Assembly (NCBI GenBank): GCA_000146045.2
Contig: BK006936.2
Coordinates: 256,001 to 320,000 of the forward strand
Reading direction: 5' to 3'
Length of the DNA: 64,000 nucleotides
Source of the DNA: TPA_inf: Saccharomyces
Lineage: Eukaryota
Position 1 is the first letter of the stretch. Each line of letters starts with the position of its first letter. Positions 11,710 through 25,442 of the stretch are shown piece by piece. A program made the position numbers and the translations under genes. The notes beneath the pieces are model-generated. The model worked only from the letters and a program-made list of their open reading frames with translations, made no database searches and had not been told where the DNA came from.

Positions 11710-13503
11710 TTATTTACCGGCAATCGCCTTATCATGAGTAGATTCTAAAAATGCTAATCTATCGGTGATGTAACCACACACTCTTTTCCATTCCGTTTTA
11801 TCCTGCCCTAAAAGGTCATCGAGATATTTGAAAGGATTCTTATTAACACAAACATATTCGTTTAAAACCTTGAAATTCTCTAGTTCAATATCGTAATTTT
11901 TTACCTTTTTTAAGGCCGTATATGAACGAGCAGGTTTACCATTCGTAGTCAAAAAATTGCTTTTAGATAAATCGTATGGGTCAAACTTTGGGAAGTTTGA
12001 ATGGATGAACATAACATCTACATGATTCTTGGCATTTAAGTCCTCGTTGTCGAAAAATTCTTCGGTGTATTTTTCGAGGGAATAGTTTTTGTCAAACTTG
12101 ATTGCATCAGCTGATTTAGTGCCACCGTATTTGTTGCCAATGCTCTCCATAGCATTTAAGTAACGGCCATAATCCTGCACAAAGTCGTGTTGTAACATTG
12201 CTACACCATGAAACCCGTCTTCATCATGGTAGCCTTCAACGCCTGTCCTTGTTCTAACTTGGTAAAATGATAGACCATAAAAGTTTGCAGCGGCAATGAA
12301 AGTTTCCTTATCACCTTCACCAGCAGCTTTTTGAGAAAATATTGGGTAGTACCACGTTGGTCCATTGACGTTGTAGAATAAAGATAGAAGAGCCGTAGCC
12401 AAATGCTTCGTTTTGTTTATCATCAGTTGGCCGGATTCCGTAGACACGTCGGGTATTGTTCCGTCTAGGTCACTTAGCGGGACGTCACTCAAATCCTTCA
12501 AATCCTTTGTGTAAACAGCAGGTGGGGTGATATCGTCTCGAGAATTGCGAACTCTCTTTTTCTTGTCCACAGCAATACCTGCAATGTCGTAATACAATGG
12601 GTGAGTTGTACGCCTCCAGAAATCGGGCCACATGACCAAGCCCGTAGACACATATGGTTCTTCATTGAATATGTTGTCTAGGGGTTTGATGGGGAAGTTG
12701 TCAGCATCCAGTAAGAGCAGGTTTTCAAAACTAGAAGCGATAAGGGCCAATGATTTAAACTGGTATCCTTTGAAAACAAATTTTTCAATCGTCTCTCGTG
12801 GTAGAATATCTGAAACGTAAATACACTTGGAGTTATACTTAGGCAGAATCTTGTTACAAAACTCAGTTTCACCTTCATCACCAGGAGGGATCAGGACTTC
12901 CACAGGTAACGTGGTCCCCATATTCCTTAAAGTCTTAATGATCAAAAATGCCATAAGGGAGAACTTCCCGCCACCCACTGTGGCTATACCGGACCCTTTG
13001 TACGTACCCTTTGGCGAGACGAGAGTCGCTATATGCTCTACGTAGTCCTTATGGCTTTTGGTCAGACTTGCTACTTCATCCGGAGATAGTTCCAAACACT
13101 TGGACAGCTCCTTAGCAGACAACTTGTAAAGATCTTTGTAGTGGTCGGGACGGTCTCCAATGTCACCCTTTAATAAGCATGCCTCGTTATACTGCTTTGC
13201 AGTACTCCCCTTGGGCGAATCAACCATTAGAAAGTTGAAAACGTTGTTGTAGAAGCTTTTCAACTTTTCATTGCCTGCCTCATCATTGTCCCTCAATGGG
13301 GTTGAATCGTCAGCGCTGGCGGCGTCTGAGGAAGATGAATACTTATTGGAGTAACTCTGGACATATCTGTCTAAGTACTCCTTGTACTCCTTGACCGACG
13401 TGTTCTCATCCATGTATTTGTTTGTAATGACGAACAGCCCGCACAATATCAAAACTATGAACGTCAGCTTGAACAGCTTTGAAAACCTTTTGGTAAGCAG
13501 CAT
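11710..13503 (-). CDS. MNN2: Golgi alpha-1,2-mannosyltransferase, type II membrane protein (597 aa)
   Basis: The N-terminus MLLTKRFSKLFKLTFIVLILCGLFVITNKY is a signal anchor. The length and sequence match remembered Mnn2 (YBR015C). Confidence 0.85.
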   Translation of the reverse strand: MLLTKRFSKLFKLTFIVLILCGLFVITNKYMDENTSVKEYKEYLDRYVQSYSNKYSSSSDAASADDSTPLRDNDEAGNEKLKSFYNNVFNFLMVDSPKGSTAKQYNEACLLKGDIGDRPDHYKDLYKLSAKELSKCLELSPDEVASLTKSHKDYVEHIATLVSPKGTYKGSGIATVGGGKFSLMAFLIIKTLRNMGTTLPVEVLIPPGDEGETEFCNKILPKYNSKCIYVSDILPRETIEKFVFKGYQFKSLALIASSFENLLLLDADNFPIKPLDNIFNEEPYVSTGLVMWPDFWRRTTHPLYYDIAGIAVDKKKRVRNSRDDITPPAVYTKDLKDLSDVPLSDLDGTIPDVSTESGQLMINKTKHLATALLSLFYNVNGPTWYYPIFSQKAAGEGDKETFIAAANFYGLSFYQVRTRTGVEGYHDEDGFHGVAMLQHDFVQDYGRYLNAMESIGNKYGGTKSADAIKFDKNYSLEKYTEEFFDNEDLNAKNHVDVMFIHSNFPKFDPYDLSKSNFLTTNGKPARSYTALKKVKNYDIELENFKVLNEYVCVNKNPFKYLDDLLGQDKTEWKRVCGYITDRLAFLESTHDKAIAGK

Positions 13504-14246
13504 ACTGAAAATATAATTTTACTGACCTACCTACACTGATTTGTCTCGAAGTAGATATGATACCTTGAGCAGCACGAGGATATTAAAAAGTAGGGCAATT
13601 CTGCTTTTAACGTATAAGCAACACCAAGTACACGTAATTTATTTTGATGATTCTTCTATATTTTTTTTTTCTTCATTGTTATTTTTTCACTATCTTTTTC
13701 ATCCCTCCGCAAAAGGACGCGATCCTTTTTTAGCACGTGAACGGTAATAACGGGTCCTGGACGATGTATTAGAGTCACCTAATCACCAAGCGAGCCAATG
13801 GCGACTCACTTGACTTGCATGTTTGCATAACCTATTTAGCGAACCCTCCAACTTCTGAGCGCACCAGCTTAACTTGTGCGCTAAGCTGCCTTGCCCGACA
13901 TAGTGCCATCGCTCATTCCACCTCACACCTGATTAACTAAAAGTTTTAAAACTACGGGACTGCGAAAAAGTAGAGCTACGTTACTGCAGACCTACAATAA
14001 TTGCACACATCGGCCTGATAACGAATGCTTCTAAAATTCTACTGTGCTACTATCGGCTGGTCGCGCCCGACGGGTTCGCTCAGCCGCTCTGCGCCCTCTT
14101 ACTCTTCAGCCATTCTGCTGCGGCCGAAGCTATAAAAGTATGTCAATTTGGCTTTTTCCAAAATCCCCCTCTGGCTCTTTCTCTTCTCAAGACAAGCATT
14201 GAAGAGACTCACTAGTAAGCTTAAGATAGTCCTACACACAACCACC

Positions 14247-14633
14247 ATGTCTGCTAACGATTACTACGGCGGAACCGCCGGCGAGAAGAGCCAATATTCC
14301 CGTCCCTCCAACCCGCCACCTTCATCCGCTCATCAGAACAAAACTCAGGAGCGTGGATACCCACCCCAACAACAGCAGCAGTACTACCAGCAGCAGCAGC
14401 AGCATCCCGGATACTATAACCAACAAGGATACAATCAGCAAGGGTACAATCAGCAAGGGTACAATCAGCAGGGCTACAATCAGCAGGGATATAACCAGCA
14501 GGGATATAACCAACAAGGCCATCAACAACCAGTCTACGTCCAACAACAACCACCCCAGAGGGGTAACGAAGGTTGTCTGGCTGCATGTCTGGCTGCATTA
14601 TGTATATGCTGCACCATGGATATGCTATTCTAA
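14247..14633 (+). CDS. YBR016W: Small Q/N-rich, C-terminally Cys-rich (palmitoylated) plasma-membrane protein (128 aa)
   Basis: The protein is [25 protein letters not shown]...(GYNQQ)x7...[19 protein letters not shown]. The start is placed at an internal Met of track ORF 14148..14633, on the remembered 128-aa length. Confidence 0.8.
14412..14525 (+). repeat. Tandem 15-nt coding repeat (CAGCAAGGGTACAAT)x7, encoding GYNQQ x7
   Basis: The repeat is directly visible at 14421..14525 and reads [36 protein letters not shown] in protein. Confidence 0.9.
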
Positions 14634-14946
14634 GAGAACCCGCAAAAGTATTCAAGAATGAAAAAAAAAAAAAGAATAATCTCCCCTTCTGTTCTTTGCA
14701 GTTGCCTTTCTTCCCCTCAGTGTTATTTTTTTTCACAAGGAGATAAAAAAAAAAACTTTAACATGTCACTTTAAGCATGTATGTAATACGTCTATTAATT
14801 ATATGTAACTTTTATAACTATTTTCATTTCTATGTGATCCATTTGCAGTTATGCACCTTTTTTTTTTTTCCGAATTGTGCTATGTATATATCACTAGTAA
14901 TAATGTACCAAACTATACAAACACGTAGGATACAGTAAAAAAAATT

Positions 14947-17703
14947 TTAGCTGGTGAACTGTTGTAAGAAGGAGATTTCATCGGGCGTGAAATTTATTGC
15001 AGAAATTTGGGCAGAATGGTTCATCAAAAAGGTGTAGATCTCTTGCGCAAAAACATTCGCCTCTACATTGCTTGAAAGGCCCGTAACAATTTTATGAATG
15101 GTATCATTACTCATTGTGACCTCCGTGCTGGTCAAATTGATAATTTTCAGGAAACCCATGTACGCGCTACTCTTTTCCTCTACATCGTCCAATGCGTTAA
15201 CGGACAAACACCATTTATTCCAGTTGGAATCATTGGCAAATGCGCCAGAACTGAAAACTTCAGGGTGTGTTAGCCCCATTTTTCCGATGGTCACAGACAA
15301 GTTCTCCATCACAGAGCTGTCTACGATTTGTGTGTTGGTGGTAAATAAATCTAGAATGATTCTAGACATATCAATGATATAAGTATTCAAATCGATACGT
15401 TCGCTTATCAAACCAAGCGCCCATATCGCATTTATCACAGCAGGAGTACCATCACTATCGTCGTTATGCATTATTTCCGTACCAATCAACTTCAAGAAAT
15501 CCTCCAAATTACCAATTACCAGTTCCGAATTGAAAAAATATACAATATCTCCCAACAGGGCAAAGCAGCTTTGTCTTACTTCATGGACAGGGTCCTGCAA
15601 ACATTCTAGCATGATTTTCAATATCGTTAAATCCTTCGTCCCTTGAGGGAACAATAGATCCTGCGAGTGAGCGCCAAGACCTTGTACCAATCCATCAATC
15701 AAATCTAATGAGGTGATGATGAAGTCCTTCTCAGGCACTACTATTGTCGGGTCTTGATGTGATTTGGCTTCCAATTCGACACAATGACATAGAATTCTAA
15801 AGGCTCTGTTGTACACTTCTGGTGCCATAGGCATGAATCTTTCCCCCAGTGATGATGCCACGCAGGAAAGACATTCTAAAAGTGGCCACAGCTCCTTGTC
15901 ACTGTCTGACAGCAAAGCCCATTTTTCAATTAAGGGCGGCAAAATTATTTGCATCGCTGTCTCGTCTAATGCACATTTTTCAGCAAACCTGCCGATGGCA
16001 TCATATAATATAATTAAATTCTTTTTCTTGTAATATTTCAAACATTTATCAAAACTCGTCAATAATTGACTATAAAATAAAGTTTCAACCAATTCGGAGT
16101 CGGCGTTTTCAATAAATACTGCTACACTACTAATAGCCGCCTCTTGAACATCCTTTTTCTTGTCCATTAATGTGTTTATTATAGGTTCTAAGACTGGAAT
16201 TAAAAACTCAGTATGGTCTTGTAATATCCATGGTGAAAACCTACTTAATGTCCAACATGTCATTTTCCTCACTGGTGCCCACTTATCGTTCAATTGTTCC
16301 ACTAAAAATGGTATTAGTGCTGGTAAGCCATCATTAAAATACTTCATTCCACCTTCTGCCATGGCCCCCAGTGCTAATATAGTAGCTTCTCTAATAAACC
16401 ACCTATCAGAACCCAAATGTTCTCTTAAAAATGGGAACGCTATATCCATCACTTGATGAGGTAAAATATTCGTCATTACATCTAGCGTTGCCGCGGAACA
16501 TTTTCTCAAATTCCATTGCGTATCAACATCGCCATCTTCATCATCATCATCATCATCATCATCTTCGTTGTCATCTGCATCCTCTCCATTTCCTGCCTCT
16601 TTCTTTTTCACAATACGGGGTGCAATGGGCTTGATGTCCTCATCTTTATCCTCCAAGAATGCATCATCATCATTAGAAGCTTCCAGGAGAACGATGGATT
16701 CTTCGTTATAGACCATTTTCGATAATAATATTGGCACGATATCCTTAACATATGGTTGTAAGATATGTTCAGGAATATTTGGGCTCGTTGCAAAGGCGTG
16801 CAAAAACTCGCAGGCTTCAATAGCCACTTTTTCCTCATTTACAGTGGTGATCAAATGCAACATGAATTGTACAATACCATCTAAATGGGAAACCAGCTTA
16901 TCTGGTCTGAATTCCAATAAGAAACTAAAACTAATGCAAATCTGTGCCCTAACTAGGTCGTTTTCGTCGTTTTGTGCCAACTGAAAAATAATTTCTAAGA
17001 ATTTATCTAATCTCACAATAAAACTTTGTGTTTGTAGCGGGATCACTGTATTTATACATTTCACCGATTCTGAGCGAATCACAGGTGAGAAATTTGGATT
17101 CGAAATAAACCTAAAAAAACTATCCAATAAGGCTTCCATAGGCTTCGTATTTCCCGACCATTCCAATTGGAAAAATTGAGCGCTGTCTTCCATGATCTTA
17201 GATAAAGCCTTAATACTTGGCTCATTTCCATTTGAGGTTAGCTCTAGCAACTGGTAAAGCATTTGAAGACCAGTTGGATCATCTCTATGCTGCCTATAGT
17301 AAGTGGAAAATAAAGTAGTAATAACGATACCTGTCACGTTCGAAACGAGATTATTGTTCGAATTATAAAGGCCATGTATAATGTTTGATTTGACGTATCC
17401 TAAGTCGTGGCTATTGCTCTTAATTAAATTGTTTCCCCCTAGCATTGAATTTTTCAACAGCATACCGGCGGTAGCTCTATTGTTCTGAAGATCCTGTAGG
17501 GAGTAGTGTTGCTTCAATACATCATCAGATTCGCCTTCAATTAAAATATAACACAAATAATTGAGAAATTCAGGTTGCAGCTGGAAGTTCTCCATAGCTT
17601 CCATTGCGTTATTACGAATCTCTGGATTTGGTGACATACAGTTCTGTAAAAGAGTTGCTAGTTGCAACACATAGTCTTCGGCGGGCTTCCATGTCGATGC
17701 CAT
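14947..17703 (-). CDS. KAP104: Karyopherin beta-2 / transportin (918 aa)
   Basis: HEAT-repeat importin with an acidic loop (EDADDNEDDDDDDDDEDGDVD). The N-terminus MASTWKPAEDYVLQLATLLQNCMSPNPEIRNNAMEAMENFQ matches remembered Kap104. Confidence 0.9.
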   Translation of the reverse strand: MASTWKPAEDYVLQLATLLQNCMSPNPEIRNNAMEAMENFQLQPEFLNYLCYILIEGESDDVLKQHYSLQDLQNNRATAGMLLKNSMLGGNNLIKSNSHDLGYVKSNIIHGLYNSNNNLVSNVTGIVITTLFSTYYRQHRDDPTGLQMLYQLLELTSNGNEPSIKALSKIMEDSAQFFQLEWSGNTKPMEALLDSFFRFISNPNFSPVIRSESVKCINTVIPLQTQSFIVRLDKFLEIIFQLAQNDENDLVRAQICISFSFLLEFRPDKLVSHLDGIVQFMLHLITTVNEEKVAIEACEFLHAFATSPNIPEHILQPYVKDIVPILLSKMVYNEESIVLLEASNDDDAFLEDKDEDIKPIAPRIVKKKEAGNGEDADDNEDDDDDDDDEDGDVDTQWNLRKCSAATLDVMTNILPHQVMDIAFPFLREHLGSDRWFIREATILALGAMAEGGMKYFNDGLPALIPFLVEQLNDKWAPVRKMTCWTLSRFSPWILQDHTEFLIPVLEPIINTLMDKKKDVQEAAISSVAVFIENADSELVETLFYSQLLTSFDKCLKYYKKKNLIILYDAIGRFAEKCALDETAMQIILPPLIEKWALLSDSDKELWPLLECLSCVASSLGERFMPMAPEVYNRAFRILCHCVELEAKSHQDPTIVVPEKDFIITSLDLIDGLVQGLGAHSQDLLFPQGTKDLTILKIMLECLQDPVHEVRQSCFALLGDIVYFFNSELVIGNLEDFLKLIGTEIMHNDDSDGTPAVINAIWALGLISERIDLNTYIIDMSRIILDLFTTNTQIVDSSVMENLSVTIGKMGLTHPEVFSSGAFANDSNWNKWCLSVNALDDVEEKSSAYMGFLKIINLTSTEVTMSNDTIHKIVTGLSSNVEANVFAQEIYTFLMNHSAQISAINFTPDEISFLQQFTS
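16534..16564. repeat. Trinucleotide microsatellite (ATC/TCA)n on the plus strand, equal to (GAT)n in the KAP104 coding strand
   Basis: Eight perfect TCA units encode the poly-Asp acidic loop. The same repeat produces the spurious His-rich ORF 16431..16634 on the plus strand. Confidence 0.9.
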
Positions 17704-18426
17704 CTTTATTCACTTAACTACTGCTAACAATTCTGAAAACCAAAGACTGCGGAATATTCTGATATGTATTATTACTATTCACTGCTCTTCTGCATAATTA
17801 ATACTGAAAAGTTTTTCATACTTTTAAACATAACCTTTTTTTAAGCAAAACTCTATAACCCGGATCAGAAAACTACGAAAAGAGGGTAATAACATAGGTG
17901 CAGGATTTCCATCGATAACGACACCGACAATGAGCCTTGCTGCAACATCCAATTAGGACTAATAACTATCGTAGGAATTTCTACGTAATAAACTTCAACA
18001 GAGCCTAAAATTTGAAAATAAATAATCTAGAGGGGAAACTTAAAGAAATTCTATTCTTGTCAATAAAGTGGAAATGTGTCAGATGTCACAGTTTCTTTAT
18101 TTGTGACACATATTTTCAACATAAATTCAGGCATTAGTGCTTTTATAAGCATAAGAAGTTGTGGCGATATGAATATTCCAGATTTTACTTACAAGCTGCA
18201 TTGTATTCCTAAAATTCTTTTTTCTTTTTTTTTTTTTTTATGGAAAGGACCACTCTTACATAACTAGAATAGCATTAAGAATCAGATTTACAGATAATGA
18301 TGTCATTATTAAATATATATATATATATATTGTCACTCCGTTCAAGTCGACAACCAATAAAAAATTTAAAAGAAACCAGGCAGTTAATAGAAAAAATATG
18401 ATATGAATGAATATTCCACTTTCTTT

Positions 18427-19527
18427 TTACAGTCTTTGTAGATAATGAATCTGACCATCTAAATTTCTTAGTTTTTCAGCAGCTTGTTCCGAAGTTAAAT
18501 CTCTTTGAGGCTCACCTAACAATTCAAAACCAACCAAGAATTTCCGAACAGTAGCTGATCTCAGTAAAGGTGGGTAGAAATGCATGTGAAACCAACTATT
18601 ACTCAATTCATCACCAGTCGCATTCAAAGGAGCCTGATGGATACCCATTGAGTATGGGAAACTCGTTTCAAATAAATTATCATACTTAATAGTTAGTTGC
18701 TTTAAAATCGAGGCGAGGTCCTCCTTCACCATTTGGTTAAATTGGCTAATTGAGGCAAGCTTCTTCTTTGAAATGACCAAGGTCTCAAATGGCCAGATGG
18801 CCCAGTATGGAACAACAACAATAAAGGATTCATTCTCCACTACGACTCTTGACTTCTCTCTTGATTCTAATTTGACGTAATCGGCAAACAAATCAGTATT
18901 GTGTTCACGTTTATATTTATCAAAAGATTTCAATTCTTGCGAAACTTCACTAGGGATGGATTCTAAGCACCAAGCTTGGCCATGTGGATGTAAGTTGGAA
19001 CAACCCATGGCTGTACCTTTGTTTTCAAATATTTGGACATATTTGAAAGGCTTATGATTTTCTCTTGCTTCTCTGGAGAGATCGTCAGTCAATGCTTGCC
19101 AAGAATTAACAATATGAACCAGATCTGATTGTTTCATTTGTGGAATGGTTAGATTATGATTGGGGCTAAAACATATGACGAAACAATTGCCTCTCACAGA
19201 TTGCACTTTAAGCAGCCTATTTTTAAGATTATCCTCATTGGAATCATTCTGTGGTAAAATAGGTTGATCGAGCCTAACGGCAGCATAATCATTGGGGAAA
19301 ATATACGTTGATTCATATCTTGGGTTTAGGTTACCAGTAGCTCTTTTGTTACCAGGACATAGATAGCATTTTGGATCATACAATGGAGCTGTGGGCTTGT
19401 AAGCAGCCTCCTGTTGACCTAACCAAGGTCTTTTAGCTCTGTGTGGAGAAACTAAGATCCATGAATCGGTTAGTGGATTGTAACGTCTATGGGAATGGCT
19501 AGAAAAATCAAATTCTTCAGCAGTCAT
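18427..19527 (-). CDS. GAL7: Galactose-1-phosphate uridylyltransferase (366 aa)
   Basis: It carries the HIT-family HPHGQ motif (CSNLHPHGQAWC). The start is placed at MTAEEFDF (the track ORF extends 6 codons upstream). Confidence 0.9.
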   Translation of the reverse strand: MTAEEFDFSSHSHRRYNPLTDSWILVSPHRAKRPWLGQQEAAYKPTAPLYDPKCYLCPGNKRATGNLNPRYESTYIFPNDYAAVRLDQPILPQNDSNEDNLKNRLLKVQSVRGNCFVICFSPNHNLTIPQMKQSDLVHIVNSWQALTDDLSREARENHKPFKYVQIFENKGTAMGCSNLHPHGQAWCLESIPSEVSQELKSFDKYKREHNTDLFADYVKLESREKSRVVVENESFIVVVPYWAIWPFETLVISKKKLASISQFNQMVKEDLASILKQLTIKYDNLFETSFPYSMGIHQAPLNATGDELSNSWFHMHFYPPLLRSATVRKFLVGFELLGEPQRDLTSEQAAEKLRNLDGQIHYLQRL

Positions 19528-19702
19528 TTTTGAGGGAATATTCAACTGTTTTTTTTTATCATGTTGATGCTCTGCATAATAATGCCCATAAATATTTCCG
19601 ACCTGCTTTTATATCTTTGCTAGCCAAACTAACTGAACATAGCTACACATTATTTTCAGCTTGGCTATTTTGTGAACACTGTATAGCCAGTCCTTCGGAT
19701 CA

Positions 19703-19806
19703 CGGTCAACAGTTGTCCGAGCGCTTTTTGGACCCTTTCCCTTATTTTTGGGTTAAGGAAAATGACAGAAAATATATCTAATGAGCCTTCGCTCAACAGT
19801 GCTCCG
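19703..19806. promoter_or_regulatory. GAL7 UAS: two Gal4-type sites
   Basis: CGGTCAACAGTTGTCCG (19703..19719, perfect CGG-N11-CCG) and CGCTCAACAGTGCTCCG (19790..19806, a near-consensus CGC/CCG) share a TCAACAGT core. They lie 180-280 bp upstream of GAL7. Confidence 0.7.
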
Positions 19807-20252
19807 AAGTATAGCTTTCCAAAAGGAGAGGCAAAGCAATTTAAGAATGTATGAACAAAATAAAGGGGAAAAATTACCCCCTCTACTTTACCAAACGAAT
19901 ACTACCAATAATATTTACAACTTTTCCTTATGATTTTTTCACTGAAGCGCTTCGCAATAGTTGTGAGTGATATCAAAAGTAACGAAATGAACTCCGCGGC
20001 TCGTGCTATATTCTTGTTGCTACCGTCCATATCTTTCCATAGATTTTCAATTTTTGATGTCTCCATGGTGGTACAGAGAACTTGTAAACAATTCGGTCCC
20101 TACATGTGAGGAAATTCGCTGTGACACTTTTATCACTGAACTCCAAATTTAAAAAATAGCATAAAATTCGTTATACAGCAAATCTATGTGTTGCAATTAA
20201 GAACTAAAAGATATAGAGTGCATATTTTCAAGAAGGATAGTAAGCTGGCAAA

Positions 20253-22352
<2,100 letters not shown>

Positions 22353-22567
22353 TTATATTGAATTTTCAAAAATTCTTACTTTTTTTTTGGATGGACGCAA
22401 AGAAGTTTAATAATCATATTACATGGCATTACCACCATATACATATCCATATCTAATCTTACTTATATGTTGTGGAAATGTAAAGAGCCCCATTATCTTA
22501 GCCTAAAAAAACCTTCTCTTTGGAACTTTCAGTAATACGCTTAACTGCTCATTGCTATATTGAAGTA

Positions 22568-22685
22568 CGGATTAGAAGCCGCCGAGCGGGCGACAGCCCT
22601 CCGACGGAAGACTCTCCTCCGTGCGTCCTCGTCTTCACCGGTCGCGTTCCTGAAACGCAGATGTGCCTCGCGCCGCACTGCTCCG
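22568..22685. promoter_or_regulatory. GAL1-GAL10 bidirectional UAS with four Gal4 binding sites
   Basis: The sites are CGGATTAGAAGCCGCCG (22568..22584), CGGGCGACAGCCCTCCG (22587..22603), CGGAAGACTCTCCTCCG (22605..22621) and CGCGCCGCACTGCTCCG (22669..22685). Confidence 0.9.
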
Positions 22686-22826
22686 AACAATAAAGATTCT
22701 ACAATACTAGCTTTTATGGTTATGAAGAGGAAAAATTGGCAGTAACCTGGCCCCACAAACCTTCAAATTAACGAATCAAATTAACAACCATAGGATGATA
22801 ATGCGATTAGTTTTTTAGCCTTATTT

Positions 22827-22832
22827 CTGGGG
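22827..22832 (+). promoter_or_regulatory. Mig1 glucose-repression site (GC box) in the GAL1 promoter
   Basis: CTGGGG is preceded by an AT-rich stretch (ttttttagccttatttCTGGGGtaattaat), the typical Mig1 site context. Confidence 0.55.
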
Positions 22833-22864
22833 TAATTAATCAGCGAAGCGATGATTTTTGATCT

Positions 22865-22872
22865 ATTAACAG
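22865..22872 (+). promoter_or_regulatory. GAL1 TATA box
   Basis: TATATAAA lies about 150 bp upstream of the GAL1 ATG. Confidence 0.6.
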
Positions 22873-23020
22873 ATATATAAATGGAAAAGCTGCATAACCA
22901 CTTTAACTAATACTTTCAACATTTTCAGTTTGTATTACTTCTTATTCAAATGTCATAAAAGTATCAACAAAAAATTGTTAATATACCTCTATACTTTAAC
23001 GTCAAGGAGAAAAAACTATA

Positions 23021-24607
23021 ATGACTAAATCTCATTCAGAAGAAGTGATTGTACCTGAGTTCAATTCTAGCGCAAAGGAATTACCAAGACCATTGGCCGA
23101 AAAGTGCCCGAGCATAATTAAGAAATTTATAAGCGCTTATGATGCTAAACCGGATTTTGTTGCTAGATCGCCTGGTAGAGTCAATCTAATTGGTGAACAT
23201 ATTGATTATTGTGACTTCTCGGTTTTACCTTTAGCTATTGATTTTGATATGCTTTGCGCCGTCAAAGTTTTGAACGAGAAAAATCCATCCATTACCTTAA
23301 TAAATGCTGATCCCAAATTTGCTCAAAGGAAGTTCGATTTGCCGTTGGACGGTTCTTATGTCACAATTGATCCTTCTGTGTCGGACTGGTCTAATTACTT
23401 TAAATGTGGTCTCCATGTTGCTCACTCTTTTCTAAAGAAACTTGCACCGGAAAGGTTTGCCAGTGCTCCTCTGGCCGGGCTGCAAGTCTTCTGTGAGGGT
23501 GATGTACCAACTGGCAGTGGATTGTCTTCTTCGGCCGCATTCATTTGTGCCGTTGCTTTAGCTGTTGTTAAAGCGAATATGGGCCCTGGTTATCATATGT
23601 CCAAGCAAAATTTAATGCGTATTACGGTCGTTGCAGAACATTATGTTGGTGTTAACAATGGCGGTATGGATCAGGCTGCCTCTGTTTGCGGTGAGGAAGA
23701 TCATGCTCTATACGTTGAGTTCAAACCGCAGTTGAAGGCTACTCCGTTTAAATTTCCGCAATTAAAAAACCATGAAATTAGCTTTGTTATTGCGAACACC
23801 CTTGTTGTATCTAACAAGTTTGAAACCGCCCCAACCAACTATAATTTAAGAGTGGTAGAAGTCACTACAGCTGCAAATGTTTTAGCTGCCACGTACGGTG
23901 TTGTTTTACTTTCTGGAAAAGAAGGATCGAGCACGAATAAAGGTAATCTAAGAGATTTCATGAACGTTTATTATGCCAGATATCACAACATTTCCACACC
24001 CTGGAACGGCGATATTGAATCCGGCATCGAACGGTTAACAAAGATGCTAGTACTAGTTGAAGAGTCTCTCGCCAATAAGAAACAGGGCTTTAGTGTTGAC
24101 GATGTCGCACAATCCTTGAATTGTTCTCGCGAAGAATTCACAAGAGACTACTTAACAACATCTCCAGTGAGATTTCAAGTCTTAAAGCTATATCAGAGGG
24201 CTAAGCATGTGTATTCTGAATCTTTAAGAGTCTTGAAGGCTGTGAAATTAATGACTACAGCGAGCTTTACTGCCGACGAAGACTTTTTCAAGCAATTTGG
24301 TGCCTTGATGAACGAGTCTCAAGCTTCTTGCGATAAACTTTACGAATGTTCTTGTCCAGAGATTGACAAAATTTGTTCCATTGCTTTGTCAAATGGATCA
24401 TATGGTTCCCGTTTGACCGGAGCTGGCTGGGGTGGTTGTACTGTTCACTTGGTTCCAGGGGGCCCAAATGGCAACATAGAAAAGGTAAAAGAAGCCCTTG
24501 CCAATGAGTTCTACAAGGTCAAGTACCCTAAGATCACTGATGCTGAGCTAGAAAATGCTATCATCGTCTCTAAACCAGCATTGGGCAGCTGTCTATATGA
24601 ATTATAA
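23021..24607 (+). CDS. GAL1: Galactokinase (528 aa)
   Basis: It carries GHMP-kinase motifs ([11 protein letters not shown]-like: [12 protein letters not shown]). The N-terminus [36 protein letters not shown] matches remembered Gal1. Confidence 0.95.
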   Translation: MTKSHSEEVIVPEFNSSAKELPRPLAEKCPSIIKKFISAYDAKPDFVARSPGRVNLIGEHIDYCDFSVLPLAIDFDMLCAVKVLNEKNPSITLINADPKFAQRKFDLPLDGSYVTIDPSVSDWSNYFKCGLHVAHSFLKKLAPERFASAPLAGLQVFCEGDVPTGSGLSSSAAFICAVALAVVKANMGPGYHMSKQNLMRITVVAEHYVGVNNGGMDQAASVCGEEDHALYVEFKPQLKATPFKFPQLKNHEISFVIANTLVVSNKFETAPTNYNLRVVEVTTAANVLAATYGVVLLSGKEGSSTNKGNLRDFMNVYYARYHNISTPWNGDIESGIERLTKMLVLVEESLANKKQGFSVDDVAQSLNCSREEFTRDYLTTSPVRFQVLKLYQRAKHVYSESLRVLKAVKLMTTASFTADEDFFKQFGALMNESQASCDKLYECSCPEIDKICSIALSNGSYGSRLTGAGWGGCTVHLVPGGPNGNIEKVKEALANEFYKVKYPKITDAELENAIIVSKPALGSCLYEL

Positions 24608-25442
24608 GTATACTTCTTTTTTTTACTTTGTTCAGAACAACTTCTCATTTTTTTCTACTCATAACTTTAGCATCACAAAATACGCAATAATAACGAGTAG
24701 TAACACTTTTATAGTTCATACATGCTTCAACTACTTAATAAATGATTGTATGATAATGTTTTCAATGTAAGAGATTTCGATTATCCACAAACTTTAAAAC
24801 ACAGGGACAAAATTCTTGATATGCTTTCAACCGCTGCGTTTTGGATACCTATTCTTGACATGATATGACTACCATTTTGTTATTGTACGTGGGGCAGTTG
24901 ACGTCTTATCATATGTCAAAGTCATTTGCGAAGTTCTTGGCAAGTTGCCAACTGACGAGATGCAGTAAAAAGAGATTGCCGTCTTGAAACTTTTTGTCCT
25001 TTTTTTTTTCCGGGGACTCTACGAGAACCCTTTGTCCTACTGATTAATTTTGTACTGAATTTGGACAATTCAGATTTTAGTAGACAAGCGCGAGGAGGAA
25101 AAGAAATGACAGAAAAATTCCGATGGACAAGAAGATAGGAAAAAAAAAAAGCTTTCACCGATTTCCTAGACCGGAAAAAAGTCGTATGACATCAGAATGA
25201 AAAATTTTCAAGTTAGACAAGGACAAAATCAGGACAAATTGTAAAGATATAATAAACTATTTGATTCAGCGCCAATTTGCCCTTTTCCATTTTCCATTAA
25301 ATCTCTGTTCTCTCTTACTTATATGATGATTAGGTATCATCTGTATAAAACTCCTTTCTTAATTTCACTCTAAAGCATACCCCATAGAGAAGATCTTTCG
25401 GTTCGAAGACATTCCTACGCATAATAAGAATAGGAGGGAATA

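Noticed and set aside
16431-16838. His-rich ORF (HLHHHHHHHHL) and an Ile-rich ORF on the strand opposite KAP104
   Set aside because: They are generated by reading the (GAT)n/(ATC)n microsatellite in other frames. They lie inside a well-supported 918-aa gene.
14148-19545. N-terminally extended versions of YBR016W (from 14148) and GAL7 (from 19545) given by the ORF track
   Set aside because: The internal Mets give the remembered protein lengths (128 aa and 366 aa) and sensible N-termini. The upstream extensions are hydrophobic and low-complexity or add unrelated residues. The same logic was applied to IPP1, SCO1, SCO2 and YPK3.
24922-25158. 78-aa basic ORF in the GAL1-FUR4 intergenic region
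   Set aside because: It is Lys-rich, Arg-rich and Ser-rich and spans a poly(A)/poly(T) tract. Nothing in the sequence supports it as a gene.
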